NCBI GenBank assembly: GCA_003344405.1
Contig: NOWV01000012.1
Coordinates: 310,001-374,000 of the forward strand
Reading direction: 5' to 3'
Length of the DNA: 64,000 nucleotides
Source of the DNA: Trichoplax sp. H2
Lineage: Eukaryota
In this document: positions 1 to 14,400 of the stretch, piece by piece
Layout: each line of letters opens with the position of its first letter
How positions within the stretch are numbered: the first letter of the stretch is position 1
Notes under the pieces: model-generated
Database searches by the model: none
Seen by the model: only the letters and a program-made list of their open reading frames with translations
What the model was told of the DNA's origin: nothing
Made by a program: the position numbers and the translations under genes

Positions 1-3000
1 GGTTATCAAGACGAGTATCTTGATTGACATGAGCCAAAGAACTATCCTAAAATCAATTATATTAAAGATTTTTGTTGCTATTAAGAAAAACAGTACTATC
101 AATGTTATTTGTCACTTATGTAGGAGCAGTAGTTAGTATCAAATGTTCTAAATAGAGAAAAATTTAAATTTTAAGGTTTTGTTAGAATACCTCAGAAGAT
201 TGGTCAACACTTCTAGAAGCATCATCAATTTGTAATGGCAATCTAGGAGCGGCAAGACTTGCAACAAACAACTAAAATAGCCAAATATATAAGGACAAAT
301 TAGTTGCAGGATGTAACTAATACAGGTAAATAATTATAACTTGTATAAATAAAGAATACGTATGTACGAGTATTCTCTCAAACCGTTACCTTATTGATAT
401 GTAATTCAACATCTTGTTGACTGCATGCTTCAATCTTAGTTGTAACTGCCTTGACGATACCTTCGACATCGACAACAGACTCTTTGTTTACACTGGTTAA
501 TAAGCAAAGTAATACATGCAATCAGTTAAGCAATAAAAATGTGGTGCAATAACATGACAAAGTAAAATGATACAATTTTGAACATGCTCATAGGATAGAT
601 TAATAAAAGCAAATAATTACTTCGATGCGAATTTAACCATGGCTTTGCTGACAGTTTCACTAACTGCTGCAATACCTTGAATACTGTAACTTTGTTGCCT
701 TAAAACTAAGAAACATTGTTTTCCTATAATAGTGTAATATAAGTTATGATGGTTAATAATTATTAGAATAATAACGTGTATTATAAATAAATTTTTCGTA
801 ATTGTCCATAAATATAGACCTTTGCCACGGCTGTTATGTAATCTAGCTCGAAGAAGCACAGATTGTCCCGCCACTTTTTCATTCAAATCGCGAATCTTGG
901 ACCATTTGCGACCTGTACAAAAATGTCGAATTTTGTCCAGATACTTAAAAAGTTTGGAACTAAGTTTTGATAACATTACTTTCATCTTACATTATTCTGC
1001 GTCTCTTGTGAATATTATATCATATCAAGGTACACAGTGCGATACATGGAACATACTTGGCAACATGATTGGTGTAAAATGTGATATGAGAACGTAGCTA
1101 TAACTATATGAACTTAGTTCTATTTGTAGTCGTAAAAAAATATATACAGTGTTGCAAGATCTGTACAATAGTACTAAGAGGTAGTACCTGTTTTCTCTGT
1201 CGACTGTATTAACTTCATGATCCCATAATTGTCTTTAGAAACATCCTAAGAGAAATAGGCGAGTAACAATGGGACACACAATTAAGATAAGCTATCAGAT
1301 ATCGATAAATCCTGTAGCAATTTGTCGTAATTATAATTATCTAACACACGACTGATTAAGGCAATTTAACTGCTTAATAACTTAAAGAAATGACGCTAGG
1401 CTGGCATAAAAGCATAAGGGTTTAAATAGGGTTGTAGTTATACCAATTTCAACGTTTCACTTGCACTAGGTACAGTATTGTCGTTATCATGTTTAGTGAT
1501 TTATCTCTGTTGCGGCTAATATCGGCAGTAAAATACGGACTACCGGTACTATTGGTACTACTTGGATAAATTCGGTGTAATACAGCGAATACCAATAATA
1601 ACTGTCTAATATTCATATAAATTGATAATCCTGCTAAAGCAAATAGCTGTATCATCTCTATATTACTATCAATAAATATAAACACAATATGTGAAATAAG
1701 GACTGCAAAAATAGAATTAATGAGCGGAAATCTTTCCTTTGTATCAGATAGTATCAAAATCTATCATTTATAACTGTTACTAATCACTACTTCATTGAAG
1801 TTTGTTACAAAACATGAAGTGCTACAGTACATACCTCTGCATCTGCTTCGGCTGCTTCAGCACCCTGTAGAGAAAAATATCAGTAATGAGCGCAAAATCA
1901 TTATGCACCAACATTTTTTCTGCGTTTTAAAGTATACAGTAGCAAAACTCCACGTGCTATCAGCTTGCAACAGAATTAGTTATAGCAACTAACAAATACT
2001 GTTACTTTAGAAATAGATGAATTAAGTAATATTTTCATTGTCTCACTCGTTATTACAATACCGGTAATGTACGCATATATATTTTTGATACTCTTCATTA
2101 TGTTACTGATATAGATCTAGGCTAGAATTTTTACACTTGGACACTTGCATGTTAGATAGGATAATGATTTACCTTCCTAGCTGCTTCTGCTTCAGCTTTT
2201 CTTCGTTGTTTTTCCTTTTCCTTTTCTAGCTTTTTGAGAGCGTTCTTGGATAAAGGTTGATCACCAGATCTATTGTATCGAAAGTATTAGGAAAAATATA
2301 TACGGGTCAATTTTATTATACTTTTGTACGTTTTTTTCCTATCTACAGCCTTCCCACATTTAAAATACCAACCGATTTAACATACTGTACTCATATATAC
2401 TATATCAACGTCCGAAATGTTATCACTACTAGTAACAATAGTCTCTATGCGTTAGATTAGCTATAATCATGATCAGTAGATGATTGAAATAATTGCAGAA
2501 CTCGTATACTTGAGCGCAGTTTACGCGTACATGTATGAAAACGAATATCGCACAATCTCTCTGCAGCCAATTAATTATAGTGCATCCAAAAGCTTTATAT
2601 TAACGTAAGTATTAGGATGGCAAAGGAAATGAAATCTTTGTAGCGTCCTTTTAGCATTAATGGTTTCAGATACGTACAATAATACGTGTTCTACAGTTGT
2701 TATCTGGAAGATATTACCATTCTACTTCTAGTACTTATACTTTCACAGTCTCATGCTGCATTATGCATACTGTGGTCGTCGTCTGATTAGGAATTTTCAT
2801 TAAAGGAAATATCAATCCAATTGAAACATAGATTGCATACAATATTCGTACAAATAGTATATAAAACTGGCTAGAATGTATATTTTACTGTCGTAAAGCA
2901 TAACAATAATTAATTAATTACTGTAATGAGGCATTTATACTATACAGTAATACTAAACTTGCTTATAAATTAAAACTGAGAAATAACTAATTATCCATAG

Positions 3001-3888
3001 GAAAGAAAGAGTATCAGATGATCAGATTTGTAGTACAGTCCTCGAAAGTACTGCATTATCTGCGCTCCTTTTTTTTTCTGTCGATAAGTAGTCCAATTTT
3101 TCAATCTACATATCACTACGCTATAGCATTAATTCAATGTCTAAAATAGCAAATAATTCCTCTAGTATTATTATCTATATCATCTTTGACGATGCAACGG
3201 GCATCGATAATGGGATATGAATGGATTGCTACTGAATTAGTATTGAACTAACTGATTGCACAGTAGCCAGGATTGTCTAATCAGAGATAACCAATTATAC
3301 GAGTCATTATTATTACTGTTTACTGTTCTGTTTAATCGATGATTACAGTATACTAGTCATAATTTTTGATTCTACTATTATTAAGGGAATGGATGGTTGG
3401 AGAAATGATCCAACTACGCTACAATCTCATTTCTAGCGTTTATGATAAATTACTTAATATCGCAATCATCGGTATACGTCGATAATGGAGAATTAATGAA
3501 GAATCATTGCATCATCTTGACACAAATCATTAGGGAATACTATGCTTGTTATCTCTTTATTTTACATCATCATTCTACGACTGATATAGTGGTGCTGTAA
3601 GATTTACAGAAAACTTCTCTTATAGACTGTACAAATACCGAAACTATACCAAAAAAGATCAGCAAGGATTTATCGATAGCTTAAGAATAGCTGCATAAAG
3701 CCATCACATTTAATAAGCTGCATTCATTAATACTAGAAGTCTATCATATCAATGCTAGAAACTGAATATTTGGTAGACTTTCAACAAACGCTAAGCTAGG
3801 ATGAAAGTAGGATCTGTTTCTTGATCAAGATATAATTCCACTATACATACCCAGATGCTGAGTTATTTGCTTTTTGTGTATCTGCCAT
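1..3888 (-). CDS. DARS1: Cytosolic aspartate--tRNA ligase, 5' part; continues beyond the window start. Exons 3851-3888, 2173-2269, 1835-1864, 1188-1245, 820-912, 621-723, 390-492, 191-271, <1-46
   Basis: Phase-consistent GT-AG exons give [33 protein letters not shown]...[21 protein letters not shown]...[11 protein letters not shown]...CSQQDVELH...[10 protein letters not shown]...VNQDTRLDN. This matches the eukaryotic AspRS anticodon-binding OB fold and hinge. Confidence 0.95.
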
Positions 3889-5466
3889 AGCTCTTATGAC
3901 GATCGATAGAAAAATCTTCCGTCTTGCGAGTAGAGTTCACCAATTTTACAATTTTTTTCCTGATTTATAGGCAGCGAGGGATTAACTTCCTCTTCTCACG
4001 GTACGGAATAGCATCCAAAGTGAAAAATACAAAAAGTGATCAGGACGTACAGTACTCAAAGCAGCCTCTTCTTAATAGAGGATGATATCACTAATTATTG
4101 CCAAAGTGCGTCTAATATGGAGTAGACTGCAGCCTTGGTACGCTGGATCGCGTGCTACCATAGACTCCTAGGTGGGCACTGTCGACAGGCAGTATCGTTG
4201 TTATGGAAATGAGCGAGTCGTCAGTCTAAAAAAAAGGAGAGATCGCTGAATAACAGTATTAAGTACGGAACTGAATCAGAGTGAGTACTGTACTCTGTAA
4301 AGGAGATCGCTAGGTTGCTGAAAAGCGAAATGCCATTGCAAATAGTTTAGTATTCTTACTATACTTGTACTCAATCGGTCAAAGTATTATCCTATCGGTT
4401 ATACTCTGCTGCAATATTGTAGTTTCTTCGGGTTTTTTGTAATTAATTGAACTTAAAAACCTCATAACATCACCCGAAGTTGACCAGAAAATTGTAACCG
4501 TAGGAATAGAGTTTGTTACAGCTATACTGTACTCAAAATTTATAAACTACGTTAAGTTGTACAGATAATTAAAGATGAAAGATATCAATATTTTAAAATG
4601 CAGTACAGTAATATCTCTTATACCTTTATAACTTACCAACTACGGTAATTCTAAAAATTACTAAACTTACACTACAGCATCAGTTACTAAATACGCGTAG
4701 TACAACTTCAGTAGATATGTGATTCACAACGCATAAAGAGATCACCAACGATTCAAGCTCCATCAAGAAACTAAAGGATAGCACAGGCAAACGCATCTAG
4801 AAGCGACAATGCGCGACTAATTCGATGGCAGTGAACAATCATCATCAATTTTCAAACAGCAATAACACTCAAATCAAACAAGAATATCTACCTTTTAATA
4901 ATAATTGTAAAAAATTGCTCAATTATAAATACCACATACGTAGATATTACACGTATTTGTTATTAAAAAATATCGAAATAGAGATTAATGTAACCATGGT
5001 AGACAATATTATGACCCTTCTAACGCTACAATCTGGCATGTGTCTCTTTATCGATTCAGTCTCAAACTATAAGACAATTACGAAACCTAGGATGAAGTAC
5101 TTATACAAATACTTTTTACCCGATAGTCAAATATACGTATAATAATATTCATTAACTGTACATTCGAGTCTTACATAAATCTATCGTTAATGGAGATTTC
5201 AGATGTATAAATATTTATATATTATTACAGTATAATACAAGCTACTGCGGTTGGTTATAGCCTGACGTAGTTGATAAACTGTGCCAAGTTAGCATAATAT
5301 GTGATAAGATATCCATAAATCAGAAACCGATCTTGATATCTGCAGGATTCCCGGCAGCACTATTCCTTCACATACATTAATTAACTTTAGTATAAAATTA
5401 GTTATCCCGTAAGAATTTTCATGACTTATGTATATATATATATATGCATATACGATAATTCGTGCT

Positions 5467-8400
5467 TTAGAAGAGGCTACGGCATAAGGGACATGTTGAT
5501 TGATTGCTGGTATTGAACCATTTATACTATCAAAATATTGAAAAGCAAATGTCAGAACTGAAATTGATAATACTAACAGTTTAATGTTACCATATAGCCA
5601 AATTACTTCATTAATTAAATAAAGTAACATAACTGTCAAGTAAACTGCAAAAGTTATTTTTACATCCTTGTAAAAAATAGCAACTTACCAAACATGTTGA
5701 ATGAAATTTTTTCTTACAAGTTTTGCAAGTAAGTTTGGGTAATGCCAAGTTTGAACTGTGTATTACAGAGAAGCAAATCATGCATTCTTCAAGACCTTCA
5801 AATTTCTTGTCAATATTACGTTTCCATAAAGCCAAGCTATCAATTATAGTTCCATTCTGTAAGATCGTTTAACAAGACATTACGATAAAAATATAACGTG
5901 AATTACATTAGTAACATAAGTGGTTGATTTTTAATCGTGTAGAATCTAGTCTTGATCATATTATTACATATCCTTTTAATATAATAACGTATTTAATAAT
6001 ACTGCAATGGCTTCTAATGCTACGATATCACCCTACTTGATTTGACAAAAAGGTGGTCATTTGCAATATCCAATTCCGCCATTGTCCAATAGGCACACCA
6101 ATTCTCTGTCCAGTCTCAACAATAACAGTACGGAGAGGATGATTTGCGGCAAGTCTAACTATTAGCTCCATCGAAATTTCACCCATTGTATATGTAGCTA
6201 TGACTTCATTTAGCGAAGTTCTTGTTCTTATCTATATTCATTAAACCAGCAGTTTCCGGACGTGAATATATAAATTTTCTACGATTAAATTTCATTGTCT
6301 AGTCAAGTATAACTAAATTAGTTCTAAATCACTATCCAGAACCTAAAATGTGTTTATCACTTCCAACAGCATCATAAGTCTTTGATAAACGTATACTCAT
6401 TTTATAATACCTCCATGTTATCAAGAACTAAGGATGAACTCTGCACGAATTCCATTTCTTTACGGACCAAAGAAGGACTAACATAGTTTATGGTATACCT
6501 AGAACAAATAATTTTGCATAGTACGTGTATTAAATGTCGATTAAACATATTCAAAATAAAAATATCCGACAGGCATCACCGATATTACACAACTAAGAAT
6601 TCACTTAAACAATAAATTAAAAGCATTTCGTAGTGCAGATGGTGAAAGCAATAAATTTATCAAATGCTATATCCTAAAAATTAATGATACAGTATGTGTA
6701 TGATTATGTAAGCACCATTTCGACAATTGTTTGCATAACAATGCTGACAGTTTCTAAAAATATTCAACTGAATAATACCTTTCTGCATCGATTGCTCGCT
6801 TCTTCTCTAGACTATTCCACCACTGGCGAACTACTACCGGCATGTATTGCATGATGTTATAGCAAACCATACACGATACCATTTGAATTAGTTCCCATAA
6901 TGACTTACAATCTAAACGTATAACATACAACACTTCAGTATCAGTAACAGCAAGTAATTATATACTGTACTGTATTCTATGACTACAAACCTGTAGCATC
7001 AACATGCAATGATTCACAGAATAACTCTTGAACGGTATATTCAGAATTTCCAAGTTGGAGATAAATACACTTTTCCTTCGTACTCGCATGTGGTTTTATA
7101 CTCCGTTTTGCTGACGGCATGATGTAAAATAGAGTATCCAATAACATCGTCACGGAGGTACATTGTTTTAAGTAAGCGATATACAGTAAACGTAGCTATA
7201 AAAATCAAAGAAATTTACAAACAATGTTTCAGTTGGAATAATAAAAGAAAATATGGTATAAAATATTTGATTAATTGCCAGCTGTGTTATACCTTAAGAC
7301 TAGATTTGGAAATCATCTCGATAATTAACCGCCATGAAAGGAGATAACTTAAAATCGATCTTTGATCGCTGTCACTGAATTCTTCTTCGTTTAATTCTCC
7401 CTTACCTACTGACTTCGTAGGTATACTTTGAATAACTTTTAATACAGAATTGATAATCTCAAGTAGAGGAGCTGGTAGAGACCTGAAAATCAAGGACAAC
7501 GTAAGAGTTAAACTTCATTTGCTAAACTCTGAAATTTTAGACAGTACCTTGTCATATCATCAATGTCCTCAGATAAAGACTCTTCATCCATCGTAACTGT
7601 ACGAGGTACTGTCCTAATAGCGTTATATCGTATAAATGAACGATATCAGTACGATTGTGCACAACAAATTTAAAACGAATTGCTTAGACACAATTAAATT
7701 TATGGCGATCCTGTAACCTCATTAAGAGATGGAAGATAGTCACAGAAATTGAGACAGGGCGCGATTTCATTAATGGACATAAATAATCCCACAACGAATT
7801 AGAACTTGATTCACCAAATGACAAAACTTCAGAGAGAATCAAGATAAAGTTATCAGAGTTCAAAAAGGTAACTGGCATTTTCAAAGCAACGGCTGATACA
7901 TTCTTTAATAGATACGATAATGGAATCATATTGCTGAAGCCTATTCCAGAGGAATCTAATGCAGCTTGAAAAAATATTTATTTATTAAAAAGTTGAATTA
8001 GCAATTAAAACTGGCGATAGAAGATAACGTACTAGCTAACTGCAGGAAGTAGCTCATCGTTACTGAAAATGCAGACTCCCTGTAAACATCTGACCACTCC
8101 ATTTTCAAATTTGACGGTATATAGGGTTGATTTCGTCGTCTTGCCGAAAGTGTCGACGTATGCATTAGGCAACCATCCATCAACAGAAGGAGCTTAAAAG
8201 CTTCATTAAAGAACTTCATCTTTATGATTGAGAAACTGGCGCCGCGATTATATTCATTTGCATTCTGACATGACTGAAATATTATGATAAGAATGCTTTT
8301 TCAATTGTTCATACATATGAGAATAAAAAAACTTAGTAATATTTTACATTACTTGGATTCTAAACGACATGCGTAAATCGTATTTTTTAGACTGCTAAAT

Positions 8401-11400
8401 AACGGTAGTACAGTACCGCAGTGGTCACAATCAATTATACTTAAGATGTAAGGAAAAGAATACGAAATAAAAGTATTGTAGTGACTAATCATTATAAACA
8501 TTATCCTAAATACTTAATAGACTTACCTGAAGCCAACCCACAGTACAGCATAATGCAAAGTCCCACATTAAGTCGTCGAACAAAATTATTCCAGATGAAA
8601 TTGCGTTATTTATAAAGCATATCATTGCTTCATTTAAGGAGACTATTCCAGTGGAAAGCTCATCGATATTGCTAGATACAATAAATTGCAATAAATTTAT
8701 CATATATGTATGTAGCCTCTTAAACGGCTATTTTATACTAAAATAAAGCATACCATTGAAATGCGAAGATGTCTAAATGATTATCTTTAAGAGCTCCCAG
8801 CATGCTTATTACATTTGCGATATAATCGACCATAGATGTTGGATTTTGATTTTGCTTTTGCATAGTTTTAAATACGCATGATATAACGTTTAAGTACGAG
8901 CCTATTTCTATATTTAATCACACAGAAGCGGCGATAGTAAAGATCATTTTAGAGCTACCGTTAAAACATAGATAAAACATACAGTGCATGCTAATAATAA
9001 TTAATAGAACGAGTACTTACGTAGCAACCAGTCTACGGATACCTCCATTTCCATGTTTAACATAGTTTTAACTTGATTAAAGCACATTTCTAATATCTTT
9101 GAATTCTGTGCCAAATCTAAATAAGATACAATAACTTGCAAAGTATGCATGTTACCCATGTTCATAAAGCCCCTGCACAAGCAAAAATACAAGTATCACA
9201 CAGCAGAAAATCACGTACAGGATTAGCAAATATTTTCTCAAAAATTTTCAGCTACTGATTTCGCACCTTGAAATATAATCAGAAGATACAATTTGATCGA
9301 TATGAGTAACAGGTATCCCTTTACGGAGCGAACCGCACAAATCTACATATACAAAAGGCCATATTCCTCCATTATCCATTGATCTATTTGGTAGAGATTA
9401 TAATTATTATGGCAAAACTTGAAGACGGTTACAATAATAAGGGGCAGCATTAAAATCATGATATTGCCTAAAATTACCTCTTGTAACATTCCGAAATGAG
9501 ATAGTCAGTATCGATTTCAGAAATTTCTGCAGTTAATACACTAAGATTGCTTTTAATAAGCTCTAACACCTTTTTAAGAAATGTTTCAGTTGAGATAATG
9601 GGGCTTTTTCTCACCTAAAGAGAAAATCATACCACATTAATAATCCTTTAAAATGACGTATGTTGTTCATGTATTTCGTAAAGTATACCAAAAATGTTTT
9701 ACATTTACGTCTACATAGAAGCATCATTAAATGTATTACCATATACGAATGTTCTGACTCCATTGATGTTATCGTAAGTTTGCATAATTCCTGACAGTAG
9801 ATAATATCTAGCAGGCAATCATTGCGCGATAAATAGTTATCATATATTGAAGTTAAAACTTTAGTGCTAGTTTCCATGGATTCAATAAAACTGCAATGTG
9901 CCAGAGAATGGTTTTCGGGCGTAGCCTGTTCGTCTAGTAACTCATAATCTTCGTCTGACGAATCTGTAATGTCTTCGATATATTCTGTCATGTCACTCTC
10001 TGAATCAGACAAGTTTGATTCATTATGGCATTTAACAACTCTCATACCGAGAGAAGAAACAAACAGCATCTCCTTAATGTAGGATGGAAAAGCCTTTTGA
10101 GGCTCATCAGCGAATATATAATAATCCTGTAACCACGATTCATCGAAGGAAATAATACCTTCGAAGTATGGGTAAATCAACCACTAAAACAATGGATGAA
10201 TACAATTTATGATTTCAAAATATTAAATTTGATATGGAGCAGAAAAGACATTTTTATTTGATATATAAAAATTCGTAACATTGCGGTATAGATATAGGGA
10301 ATATCTCATTAATTCAAATTTTTTGTACCTCTTTGTATGACCATCTGCATGCCTTTTCTCTTAATTTATCAAATTCTTCACGATTTCCAAGCAGAATCTT
10401 CATTATATTATCTTGCGGGTTTCTCAATACATTATCTGAGCCTGCATTAGTTTTTGTTTCAATTTCCAAGCACAATAACAGGATTGAACTGTTTACTAAA
10501 TTCTGAATCCTAATTAAGAAAACACCATAATACAAATTCTATAATTCAAATAGTGATTAAACGGTCAAACAATCGAATAATTCAGTAATTACCTGACAAA
10601 TTGTTGACATCCTTCGCTGTGAAGGCATTCCTTTAACCACATAGCGGCTTTTTCGATGAAAGATAGGTTAAAGCGCGTACTATATTGAAGTATTTCTTGT
10701 ATCTCTATTTGCACTTCAGCTGAAGGTTATGAAATGGAATTTAATCTGATTATTATATGTCCGTATCATTAAAATTTTATAGATTGAACTACATAAATTT
10801 TGTTATACTTTCTACGATAATCTAAACCCAATTTATCTACATACAGCAAGCTACGTGTTTAGTATACTATACATAACTTAGACAAGAATAAGTTAGAAAG
10901 GATTTACCGTCTCAATGATTCGATACCTTCAAATTTTATATCAATTGTTTACGTACTTGCAATTGGTTCCGTACAGCAGGTCAGTTTGAAGCATTCATAT
11001 AGTAAATCCTCCACAATCGCTGATAAAATTTTTCTGTCCTAAATACATACACATGTAATAATCACTTCATATTCTCCATGTGGTTAAGCTAACACATACA
11101 TGTATTCCGCAAAACTTCAAACTACAAATAAATGTCTTGCAACATTAACGAGCTGTCACACGGTTGAGATACTATTTTTAGCTGATGATGAACACAAACA
11201 GACCAAGTAATAAGTACTTTAACAGATGAAACAATACCTCAATTAATTTCAAATAATGTCTCAGTGTGCAAATCGTTGCAGCGATTTCTTTTGAACGACC
11301 ATAATTGGTGGTATCTCTTATAAAGTCGTGAAATTGTGAAAGAACGATTTCGATCGTATTTGATTGCAATATAAAATCTGAAATAAAAGAAGTAATTATC

Positions 11401-14400
11401 TCAACATAACTTGAAGAATTATTAAAATACACAAAATAGGCATCACAGAAACAATGCGACATTTTGAATAATTTACAAACCTTGATCTAACTTGTTGAAA
11501 CATTTTGTTAAGATTTTCCACTCATCACTACTGTCGTGATTTGGCCCATTAGAATTTGCACTACCGTACAAATTATCCACTAGACGCAATATAGACTTAT
11601 TGAAAATGGTACTTTTCAGCCATACTCTGTTGTTATTCTGAAGCACCTACAATAAAATTTGTCATAAGCAAGCAACAGGTCAAGCAAAAATATCATATTA
11701 AACATTGAAGAAATAAATAAACGTCTTTTACCTTACTAAGATACAGCTGTATCATGGAGACATTGTCCATATCCTATTGATACATAAAACCAATAAATTA
11801 TACATGCCGTAATTCTATATTAGAAGCAGTTTCTTCTTTTCGATGAATTGTATTTACACTACCTTCCATAAATCTTCCAGCACTTCTAGTTGTAAATCTT
11901 GAGGTAGAAGGTTTAAGAGTGAATCTGCTAACTGTGAAGCTGAACTTATAGCAATTTTAGCCTTATTCCTATCAATTGAAATGATGTCATGAGCCCAAGG
12001 TATAATATTTCCACGCATAAATGACGAAACATTCTGTGCCAATGTCTTCGTATCTTTTTCAATAGGATCGACATCGATTAATTTTTTGAGTATTTCGGTA
12101 GAAGCAAACTTATACGTTAATTTAGATAGAAATACCAAATGAGGGCACTTTCTGTTCGAAATAGTTTGACTGGTAATTTTGTGACATAGGGAAGAGGTTA
12201 ATTTATAACATTCTTGGCTCAGTAATTGTTGATATTTTGAAGATACTTGATTAGCTGATGGCTTATTATTCATTTCCCGATCGGAATAGTTGCGACTGCC
12301 ATCAGTAAATGAAACTGTTTTTCTTAACATTTTAGTCGCTGAGCCACCTTGTAGTCCACAAGTTAAAATCAGGTCTGCCAACCGTTGTAATGAGTGAAGA
12401 TAGTCCTATTCAATGGATATTTACATAGTTAATAAATTATCTACCGATTATTTTCTATCGGTAAATATTACTTTTTAAGTAATATTTACATCGATTACAA
12501 CTAATACCTCATTAATGCCTTGAAAAGATTCGTCGATTATGTCTCCACATATACACTCAAATTTATTCCAAAATTTAAACCACAAGGAGTTTTCCTTATC
12601 ACAAACAGCAGTTTCATCTTCTCTCTGATCAGAATGTATTTTTGCTAGTTTAAGAAGGAATTTATTCGTATTTGTGTACAAGCACGAATTAGCCAATAGT
12701 GGAGAATGAGCAATCAAAGAGACCTTCAGTAGTGGTAACATCTATGTGAATGATATAACCTCAGTTATTAACTAATCATGAATTGTATTAAAACATTTTA
12801 ACCATTAGAAATATCGATCATTTACCTGGTCAGTTAAAACGTATGATGCAACATCATCGAAAGTGCCTGTTGATGAATGCGAGGCTATAGTGTGGTAAAT
12901 ACACTCAACAAAAGCCGACACAATTGCTGAACACTCCGCTATACCTTGGCTAATGTGTAAATTATTCAACCTAATATCATTGAGTAATAAATCATCAGTC
13001 ACTTAATCTTAAAACAATTTAAAAGTTGAAACTTATGTCCCTGGTGATAATAATACTTTTATAAAAGGGAAGATTAGGTATGTCAATCGTTATGCACGTT
13101 CTATAATAAATGCTAACCCTTCCCGAATATTAGAAAAAAATAAGCGATAAAATTCAGTGCCACCACCAGTGACCTAAAAAGATAATTTGAAAGTAAATTT
13201 GATTTTTTACTAGCAATTAAAAAATAAAAAAGGCATATTTTTTAGAAATAGCATCATGCATTTAAGGACAGAAGTACATTGCAGTAGTTCACTTAAAGAG
13301 TAGGTTACGTGAATTTATCTTGCAGAAGTACTCAAGTATAGACTTTTCAATCAGTGCAAATTTCGCTAGGTCAATGAATTAACGATATAGCATTGAGTTT
13401 GTAATAAGCGGAAAAATCTGTCTGATACCTCAATAGGAATTTTACTTAGGAATGGCAGCAATGCTGGAAATATCACAGAAGCTGAACCATTTCCATTCGA
13501 ACGCAACAACTGCCATAATTTCGGCAAGACACTTTTCCTAGCACTCACATGATCCCAGCAGTCCTTAGTATTTAGGCATACGATTAATATTTACAATTGA
13601 AGGCTTTATTAACTTTTTAAGATTGCAACACATAACTGCTATATATTACCTGTACTTGAGTGACAACAAGTAAGATTGCATCCCATAAGGACCGGCAAAC
13701 TAATGGTTCTGTATCGTCAATAGAACCAAGTATTAGAGGACATGCTTTCGAGTTGCTGTTGCTTGAAGTAGATGGTAAATGCTGATAATAAATTGCCATC
13801 AATGTGAAAAATGCTGATCGAATCTGGAAATAGAAAAATAATTAATTTTGAAAACCTGCTTGATCAAGATGAAAAATAGAAACTAATAAAAACTATCATA
13901 GCATAAGAATTATTTCAAAATAAATAATAAATTTGCTGTACCATAGGTGAATCACTTTTTCCGAGTTTCCAAAATTTTGCTGTATCTAAAATTTCCGAAA
14001 AAGGGGCTGTATCGAAATCTTCGATATCATTAGGAGCCAAAGTATTAATTACTTGTCCTAATGCTAGTAACGATGATGCAACTACCCGTTGATACTTCGA
14101 TTCCATATCATCCGTAGAAATATTGCTAAATATATGTATAAAATAAACGGCGGAAATATTTATTCTGTCAATAATATCAGGGATATTGGTCAAAAACGCC
14201 AACTGTACCACTCGTGTAAATAACACATTTAAATCATAGAAACTCACCCTGTATTGCTTAATGTCGCAGGAGTATGGACAAAGAGATTCTCCTTGATGTG
14301 CTACAAAGGTGAATCAAATAAAGCGAAAGAACAAACATAAGTTAAATAGCATTAAAGCCGTTACAGCAGTTACATTACTAATCAATAAGTACGTCTTTTA

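Noticed and set aside
1449-1757. 102-aa hydrophobic ORF in a DARS1 intron
   Set aside because: No recognisable motif, and the composition is what AT-rich intron sequence produces.
4186-4215. U4 snRNA-like ggcagtatcgt
   Set aside because: Only an 11-nt match; the rest of U4 is absent.
8353-8359. Possible 7-nt LTN1 microexon (ag|aatccaa|gt)
   Set aside because: The flanking exons already join in phase 0, so inclusion would shift the frame.
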